Assembly: GCA_002432655.1 (NCBI GenBank)
Contig: DJFZ01000018.1
Coordinates: 40,391-104,390 of the forward strand
DNA: 64,000 bases
Origin: Thiotrichaceae bacterium UBA5859
GTDB lineage: Bacteria > Pseudomonadota > Gammaproteobacteria > UBA5859
Reading direction: 5' to 3'
Numbering within the stretch: the stretch's first letter is position 1; the number at the start of each line of letters is the position of its first letter. The translations under genes and the position numbers were made by a program. Below, piece by piece: positions 58,205 to 64,000 of this stretch. Below the pieces are notes generated by a model. It ran no database searches, was not told where the DNA came from, and was given only the letters and a program-made list of their open reading frames with translations.

Positions 58205-58876
58205 GTGGAAAAGATTGCGTTTCAGACATCGAATCGATTGTTGTTTTTCGGCGCACTTGGGTTGTCGGCGTCAATGCACCTGTTTTTGGCTTGGGCACCG
58301 GTGCCACTAGCCGAGGTATCCCAATCAGGCGTCTCTATACAGAAAACTTATCAATTGCATTTAGCGCCTTCAGTTTCTCGATTGGAAGCCAAAAATAATG
58401 AGCTAATTCAAATAGATATTAAATCTCCAGTGAATAAAAACCGCATTTTGGAGGAGGCGCAATTATCGATGGCCAGTGAAATAGTCACCGTTCTTGCTGA
58501 GCCCAATAAAAAAGCAATCCATCAGCAGAAAAGTGAACGTGAGGCTGTCAACGAGGGTGAGGAACAAGAAATCTTCGAGGAGTTGCCTATATCTACCCCA
58601 GTGGATATTGACTTTGCCATTGCCCACAATCCGCCACCGACCTACCCCTTGATGGCGCGACGGCATGGTTGGTCCGGCACCGTGTTACTCAGGGTGCAGA
58701 TTGATCGGGTCGGTAAGGTAGATCGTGTTGAGGTCACTCAGAGTTCGGGCCATCAACTATTAGATCAAAGCGCGTTAAAAGCAGTCAAGGATTGGTTGTT
58801 TCAACCGGCGACAGTGAATCATCGTGGAGTTGCAAGCGAAGTGTTATTGCCAGTGCAGTTTAAACTAACATCCTAA
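58205..58876 (+). CDS. TonB-family energy transducer (C-terminal TonB domain)
   Basis: GTG start. N-terminal TM helix is present. The C-terminal TonB domain NPPPTYP...GWSGTVLLRVQIDRVGKV is present. Confidence 0.7.
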   Translation: MEKIAFQTSNRLLFFGALGLSASMHLFLAWAPVPLAEVSQSGVSIQKTYQLHLAPSVSRLEAKNNELIQIDIKSPVNKNRILEEAQLSMASEIVTVLAEPNKKAIHQQKSEREAVNEGEEQEIFEELPISTPVDIDFAIAHNPPPTYPLMARRHGWSGTVLLRVQIDRVGKVDRVEVTQSSGHQLLDQSALKAVKDWLFQPATVNHRGVASEVLLPVQFKLTS

Positions 58877-58933
58877 GGTGAGTATCTGATTTCGGCGAGA
58901 TAGTTTTCTTTTGATAGTTAACCGATCTTTGCT

Positions 58934-59527
58934 GTGAAAAATTTGTACATGGGTGAGTTTGGTTCACAGAAATCTACAATTTTTGTAAGCAGTCCGCGCT
59001 TTTACATCTCCCATTGGTGTACGTCGGATCGACAGCCGTTCAGTGGGATGGTAAGAGAACCCCGAGTGATGCGATATATCGGTCGGGGTGAAACCTGGCA
59101 TACTGCACAGGTAGAGCAATTCATAGCTCGTCAACAAGCCAATTTTGCTAATCTGACCTATGGCTTAGGACCAATCAAGCTCCATAAGAATGATCAATTT
59201 ATAGGCATGGCAGGGCTCCAGCCATTAGGAAATACCGAACAGGTAGAAATCGGTTGTTGGTTATTACCACAATTTTGGGGACATAATCGCGCTGATGAAA
59301 TTGGTGAAGCTTTGCTGCGTCATGGATTTATAAACTTAGGTCTAACTGAAATTTGGGCGTTGGCGCGTCAGCAAAATAGAGCTTCCATTGCCTTAATGAA
59401 CAGGTTGGGATTTCGCTACCACGCAACGCTATGGGGCTGGCAACTAGGTTTAGAAGCTCGGGATGTGGAAACTCTGGTTTATAAGAATGTTTACTCAGAA
59501 CACGGCTCTATAAACGAAACGGTCTGA
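58934..59527 (+). CDS. GNAT family N-acetyltransferase (RimJ/RimL-like)
   Basis: The acetyl-CoA-binding region (W.LARQQNRASIALMNRLGF) is present. The N-terminus is RimL-like. Confidence 0.65.
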   Translation: MKNLYMGEFGSQKSTIFVSSPRFYISHWCTSDRQPFSGMVREPRVMRYIGRGETWHTAQVEQFIARQQANFANLTYGLGPIKLHKNDQFIGMAGLQPLGNTEQVEIGCWLLPQFWGHNRADEIGEALLRHGFINLGLTEIWALARQQNRASIALMNRLGFRYHATLWGWQLGLEARDVETLVYKNVYSEHGSINETV

Positions 59528-60368
59528 CGATCAGTGATTGTAATACCTTGCCTAGAGGACCATCTTTATCGGCCAACACGGTTTCAGTGGTTCCGCTACC
59601 ACTGGGTTGTATTTGAGTTTGACACTGAAAACGTATCCAACGTTGTTGTGGATAGCGGTATAAGTAGAGCGTACTATCTGAATTGATACACGCCTGATTG
59701 TTGCCAAGACCCATTTGGCCAATCCCATTGCCAAAGTCTGTCATCATGCCCATGTAGCTCAGGGGTGTGTTCCTTTCACTTTCTACCACATCCGAGCGTA
59801 TGTGCAACCAAGCCGTACCCCAACCTTTAAATTCAAATCCTTCTACTTTGCGCATCTCTACGGCAAAGTTAAAGCCAGGAGGCGCTTCTTCTATATTGTT
59901 TGTGTAGGGTCCCAAAAAGCCACTAACAGGTAAGTGTTCCGGGAATTCGATAGGTTCTGGATCAGCGACATGCTCTGGTAACTCAATATTTTGGCTGATC
60001 GCTGAAATGGCCGTTGCTCGAGCGACCTCATGGGTGTCTATGATCATGCGCGCGACTATTGCTTGAATGCGTGATCCTTGGCGAATGATTTCTGTCTCAA
60101 CCGTAACCGGTTGCCGTGGCGCTGGACGAAAGAGATCATTGGTGATGCGGATAAACTGCATACCCGCATTGCGATGCCTGGTATCCAATACATGGGCTAA
60201 CAAACCGGTAATTGCGCCACCGTGTATCAGTTGGCTATCCCAGGGAGATGCAGCACGATCGGTTGGGTAATAAAGATCTCCCTTACGCTCATAGAGTACG
60301 TCTGCCTTCATTTTAAATGCTTTCTCAAATAAGTATTTGTTTTCATTAATGGGATGAGATTTTAGCAA
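59508..60368 (-). CDS. acyl-CoA thioesterase, double hotdog (TesB-like)
   Basis: 286 aa, the same length as TesB. An HGGAITG motif is present in the first half. Confidence 0.45.
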   Translation of the reverse strand: MLKSHPINENKYLFEKAFKMKADVLYERKGDLYYPTDRAASPWDSQLIHGGAITGLLAHVLDTRHRNAGMQFIRITNDLFRPAPRQPVTVETEIIRQGSRIQAIVARMIIDTHEVARATAISAISQNIELPEHVADPEPIEFPEHLPVSGFLGPYTNNIEEAPPGFNFAVEMRKVEGFEFKGWGTAWLHIRSDVVESERNTPLSYMGMMTDFGNGIGQMGLGNNQACINSDSTLYLYRYPQQRWIRFQCQTQIQPSGSGTTETVLADKDGPLGKVLQSLIVRPFRL

Positions 60369-60524
60369 AACTGGAGTGCCGAGTGGCAGATTAATGAATT
60401 GTTTTAATAGTCACCCAACAGCACTGAAATTCTTTTAACGGGCGACGCATTCAAGGTTAAGGTTTGATAAGGCTGAGAGCCGAAAGGAGGGTGGTGTTTG
60501 TGAGTGAATTTTTCTGTCCTGAAC

Positions 60525-60971
60525 TTAGCGAGAGTGCCGGTATAACAATTTGACTTCTTCTGTCAGATTGTCTTCATCGATATAACCAATCGAGTTGATC
60601 TTGCGTTGCACCCACTCGAGCATCTCTTTGTCATTATTAACTAATTCTGGCATTGATGCTTTTCCGGAAAACACCAGTCCCGACCATCGAGAATGAAGTT
60701 GTTCCGGTTCGATGCCTAATACTTGACGATCAAACTCCTGTCGAATAGAAGACGTAGTAGCATGCATCCCGACTGAAATTGTGGTTCCAGAGCCAGTAAC
60801 CAACAAGTTCCCCAAATAGTATGCCCGCACCGTCTCATTATCTAAATCTCGTAACTCACTGTCAGTATGAGTAATCACCACAATTTCCGCCTTTATCTGA
60901 GCCGAAAAAAATACGACTAGGGAAAAAAGAAATAAAGATCTGAAATTTTTGGGGTACGTAGAAAAATCCAT
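60525..60971 (-). CDS. periplasmic PBP-like small protein (phosphate-binding-domain-like / YfiR-like)
   Basis: A signal peptide and the motif ISVGMH.TSSIRQEF...SIGYI resemble short PstS-like domains. It is AT-rich. Confidence 0.35.
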   Translation of the reverse strand: MDFSTYPKNFRSLFLFSLVVFFSAQIKAEIVVITHTDSELRDLDNETVRAYYLGNLLVTGSGTTISVGMHATTSSIRQEFDRQVLGIEPEQLHSRWSGLVFSGKASMPELVNNDKEMLEWVQRKINSIGYIDEDNLTEEVKLLYRHSR

Positions 60972-61294
60972 GCTGATAATCTATTCTAGTTTCGCGATGA
61001 TGAGAGGGGCCTATTGCCTAATCGTTAGATCAGAATAGTAGTATCCGCACTGTCTATAGGCTAAAAAGGATGTGGCTACTTGAGTGATCATTCGGCTCTT
61101 ATGTACTGAAACTTTAGTTCTTAGGTTTATCCGGATAATTTATTCATTCGTTGAAGGGGAATTTTTCACTTAATTAAAGTGATCCAGTGATTGCACACTC
61201 CGCCCAGTGTTTCTGGTAACATATTGAAAAAAATGGAATAAACCAACTATTTTGAAAACGATTACTGATGAATGCACAGTAAAGAAGTAGTTTC

Positions 61295-61711
61295 CTAGAA
61301 ACCCATGAGCACTGTATGTGCAGCGGCCAGCAGATCTCGCCAACTCAAAATGCCCTCTAAGTGATTCTGTGCATTCACTACGGGTAGACAAGAGACGTTG
61401 CTGGTCACCATCACTTCTATAGCTTGTTTTAAGGAAGTCTCTGGCTGCACAGTGATTAGTCGCCTAGACATGATTTGATGAATTTTTTTATTCAGTAGCG
61501 AGGTGTCACGAGTAGTTTCTGCATCAGTGCCGACGTACGGACTTAACCATTTCAACAAGTCTTTATCTGATATAACGCCCAAAAGAAGGTTATCTTCTAC
61601 TACCATTAGATGATGAAAACGGCGCTTATCCAGCAACTCTTTTGCCATCGCGATGGTGTCGTCGGGTGAGATGGTCACCACCTGTGCTGTCATGACTTCA
61701 GAAACTAACAC
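61295..61711 (-). CDS. CBS domain pair protein
   Basis: Two CBS repeats are present (VMT..VVTISPD, HHLMVVED..L.GVIS..D; second repeat ..L.GILS..D). Confidence 0.8.
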   Translation of the reverse strand: MLVSEVMTAQVVTISPDDTIAMAKELLDKRRFHHLMVVEDNLLLGVISDKDLLKWLSPYVGTDAETTRDTSLLNKKIHQIMSRRLITVQPETSLKQAIEVMVTSNVSCLPVVNAQNHLEGILSWRDLLAAAHTVLMGF

Positions 61712-61891
61712 ATAAATCTTTCGTTAGATTAGTCGCAAGTACAAGGATAAATATAATCTAAAGTGATAAACAATGACAATAGTGTACGTTAGCAGGGTAC
61801 AGACAATTAGTTATGTATGTCTCCTGGGAAGGCAGTATTCTCCAGCAGCTTGAGAAAGCCTCCTCCTATGATGGAATGATGAATGGAGTTG

Positions 61892-62401
61892 TTAGTCTGC
61901 GCCAGACATGTTTGGAAAAAACAAGTGCTCTAATTTTCCTTGGGACAAATTCGTAGCATTAATCTGGTACCAGCTATCAATAGGCAAAGAGATAATAGCG
62001 ATACTACAGGTGGGCAAATTATCTAAGTCTCGATCTGTTAAATAATTTACGGCCTCCGTAAAGACTGGATTATGGCCGAATAACGCTACAGAGTTATGAG
62101 CGTCCTTAATTTTTTCTATGATGGCCAGCAGTTGTATTAGTGTGGCACCATAAAGTGTTTCGATAATTTGGATTTTATCTTGTGAATATCCTAGGATATT
62201 GGCGAAACCTATGGCAGTGGTTCGTGCACGTATAGCAGGACTGGTGAGCATGAGATCGGGGTGGAATTTCAAATCTTTCAGATAATGAGGCATTCGTTGT
62301 AGATCACGCTGCCCACGGTGATTTAAGGGTCTATCTATATCTAATAGAGTGTGATTATCCCAACTAGATTTGGCATGGCGAATGAGTCCTAAAGTTTTCA
62401 T
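61892..62401 (-). CDS. sixA: phosphohistidine phosphatase SixA (histidine phosphatase superfamily)
   Basis: LIRHAKS...RPL..RGQRD catalytic RHG-type motif is present. It is 169 aa. Confidence 0.75.
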   Translation of the reverse strand: MKTLGLIRHAKSSWDNHTLLDIDRPLNHRGQRDLQRMPHYLKDLKFHPDLMLTSPAIRARTTAIGFANILGYSQDKIQIIETLYGATLIQLLAIIEKIKDAHNSVALFGHNPVFTEAVNYLTDRDLDNLPTCSIAIISLPIDSWYQINATNLSQGKLEHLFFPNMSGAD

Positions 62402-62665
62402 TAATTACTCTAATCAGTGGCGGTGGGTATATTGATCGACTCCACAGGTGAACTCAAATAATTTGGTAGTCAAGTAGTTTACCGTGGCTTCTCATGTTCC
62501 GGCCTACTTTATTTTTTCAAGCAAGCATCATTACAAGTGTCCATTCAACTAACTATATTATTTTACAACAGATTTTGACTACAAATCCCTAGGAGACAAG
62601 ATAACTCGTTAACAATTCAGTCGGAGTCAAAATGGTTAGGGATAATAAGTAGTAAATGGAATGAT

Positions 62666-63433
62666 TTAATCGACTGCTAAGGGCAATATTATTTTCGCGG
62701 CCATACCTAGATCTACAAGTCCAGGACGATTTCTAATCTTAGCATTCTTCGGCAAAGAGAAGTGTTCATCTGGAAGATCTACTTCCTCAAGAGCTGTCAA
62801 TTCAAACCTATCGCTATAGCGAACGATAGCTTTGTCCATGGGAACCAGTGTGTGCATTGCTTGATTCATTACTTCGAAACCAGTGCCCGCAAGATGCTGA
62901 ATATTCCGATTGCTGAAGCTCTGCATCACCTGTTTTAGATAGAGTATGCGATCATCATTGGTAATCAACAGCTCTTGACGAATCTTTTCTCCTGACTCAG
63001 GTTCCATGACATCCGCGTAGACCTTTATGACTTCAATGTCAGCATAATTGATTGTTTCACCACTCTCTATCAAGGCATCTTTATGAGGTACGCGCCAAGC
63101 TCTTTTGTGCATGCGCTCACCAAAATAATTGACAATCCAGAGATCTCGTAGTTCCTCATGAAATGCCAAAACGTCTAATACGCGATCATTGATGATTGCA
63201 TATATGCCGTCTTGACTTGATAAAAGATAGAAATCGTCAGATAGAGAGAGGCGCAATGTATCAGGATTACGTATCTCAACTAGAAAATCTGTATCGACCT
63301 TGAGTAATTTCCAGCGGTAACGCAAATCGGCGAATGCCTGACTACAGCAACAGAAAATTAACAAAGCGATACTGATTTTTTTTACTTGAATCATGGTTGG
63401 GATGCTGGCGATAATTCTGTTTAATCTCCCCAT
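62666..63433 (-). CDS. hypothetical secreted protein
   Basis: A signal peptide (ISIALLIFCCCSQAFA) is present. I recognise no family. It is AT-rich. Confidence 0.4.
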   Translation of the reverse strand: MGRLNRIIASIPTMIQVKKISIALLIFCCCSQAFADLRYRWKLLKVDTDFLVEIRNPDTLRLSLSDDFYLLSSQDGIYAIINDRVLDVLAFHEELRDLWIVNYFGERMHKRAWRVPHKDALIESGETINYADIEVIKVYADVMEPESGEKIRQELLITNDDRILYLKQVMQSFSNRNIQHLAGTGFEVMNQAMHTLVPMDKAIVRYSDRFELTALEEVDLPDEHFSLPKNAKIRNRPGLVDLGMAAKIILPLAVD

Positions 63434-63574
63434 TGGGGAAATTCCCTTAGTTCAATTCATCGAGGTTTTTAGTCATCACTTGAGTTTTTTTGGATGATTC
63501 CGAGTCTTGTGCGAGATTATATTTTTCTAGGGATAGTTGAAACCGGTCGAACTCACTGATTTAATGAGGATATT

Positions 63575-63934
63575 ATGGGCAGATGTGGTGCTGTGCGGTA
63601 TTTACGAAGATACGGTATTGTCGGTTTGCTCGTACTCTGTGTGCCTCTGGCAAATGCAGAACCCGATCTAGGGAAGGGGCGTTTTTTGGTGATGGATCGG
63701 CAAAAAGGGAACTGTCTTGCGTGTCATCAAATCGCAGATGGGAAATTCCCTGGTAATATTGGGCCGCCTTTGGTGGATATGCGTAAGCGGTTTGTTGAAG
63801 CCGAGCAGTTGTTTGCGCAAATATGGGACGCCACCCAGTTCAACGCTCAGACGGTGATGCCGCCCTACGGACGCAATAAAATATTAACGCAAGAGGAAAT
63901 TAATCATATAGTAGAATTTCTCTACAGCTTGTAA
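63575..63934 (+). CDS. soxX: SoxX-like monoheme c-type cytochrome
   Basis: A signal peptide is present. KGNCLACHQ heme motif, GNIGPPL and a C-terminal MPPYG...LT.EEI...V.FLYSL are typical of SoxX. Confidence 0.6.
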   Translation: MGRCGAVRYLRRYGIVGLLVLCVPLANAEPDLGKGRFLVMDRQKGNCLACHQIADGKFPGNIGPPLVDMRKRFVEAEQLFAQIWDATQFNAQTVMPPYGRNKILTQEEINHIVEFLYSL

Positions 63935-63967
63935 TTAATTAGTTGTTCGACGTTAGCGGAGGATTAA

Positions 63968-64000
63968 ATGCATAGGCGAGAATTTTTACAGGGATTGAGC
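63968..64000 (+). CDS. 5' end of a Tat-signal protein (MHRREFLQGLS...), possibly the next sox gene; truncated by the window end
   Basis: GGAGG lies 6 nt upstream of the ATG. A twin-arginine motif RREFL is present. Confidence 0.3.
   Translation, partial: MHRREFLQGLS

Noticed and set aside
61170-61391. ORF 61170..61391 (-) upstream of and overlapping the CBS-domain gene start
   Set aside because: It is out of frame with the CBS gene. Its Cys-rich product is of low complexity and has no RBS.
1-64000. CRISPR arrays, IS elements or integrases, rRNA or tRNA genes
   Set aside because: I found no direct-repeat arrays, no transposase or integrase-like ORFs, and no convincing cloverleaf or rRNA signatures while reading both strands.

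Overview
This is a roughly 64 kb chromosomal segment from what looks like an aerobic/microaerobic gammaproteobacterium of moderate GC. It is densely packed with core genes, and I could recognise no rRNA, tRNA, CRISPR array, transposase or integrase.

Gene content from left to right:
- Start of window: the 3' end of recG, then ubiC-ubiA, an ABC-F ATPase (uup-like), and a comF/gntX-like gene translationally coupled to an AT-rich unknown membrane/zinc-ribbon protein.
- A bioB-bioF-bioC-bioD biotin operon with a candidate BirA operator.
- A complete aa3/caa3-type cytochrome oxidase cluster: coxB (with a fused cytochrome c domain), coxA, ctaG, coxC, an antisense twin-TM mini-protein, surf1, a Sco-like protein, ctaA and ctaB.
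- An acyl-CoA synthetase, an unknown membrane protein and a tandem universal stress protein.
- A cbb3 oxidase locus: ccoS-ccoI divergent from ccoNOQP, then an unknown 100-aa membrane protein, ccoG, ccoH and a TauE-like membrane protein.
- An apparently orphan pmoC/amoC-like gene (copper membrane monooxygenase subunit C) with an AT-rich upstream region and a strong terminator.
- A type II secretion system split into two divergent operons (gspCDEF leftward, gspGHIJKLMN rightward). Between them lie hslR, a CheY-like receiver, a CheC-like protein, a PAS-GGDEF diguanylate cyclase and an alpha/beta hydrolase.
- A YkgJ-like Cys-cluster protein, yrfG-like nucleotidase, cysQ, an SDR, a hotdog thioesterase and an alpha/beta hydrolase.
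- A second GGDEF protein, Hsp20, fnr (with an FNR box in its own upstream region) and a universal stress protein.
- A divergent isocitrate/isopropylmalate-dehydrogenase-family protein, phzF-like, a TonB-family protein, a GNAT, a double-hotdog thioesterase, a PBP-like periplasmic protein, a CBS protein and sixA.
- At the far right edge, a SoxX-like cytochrome c followed by the start of a Tat-signal protein.

No obvious phage-defence or mobile system is present. The most unusual items are:
- the orphan pmoC/amoC-like gene;
- the signalling module wedged inside the T2SS locus;
- the comF-coupled unknown;
- the divergent IDH-family protein;
- candidate FNR and BirA sites.
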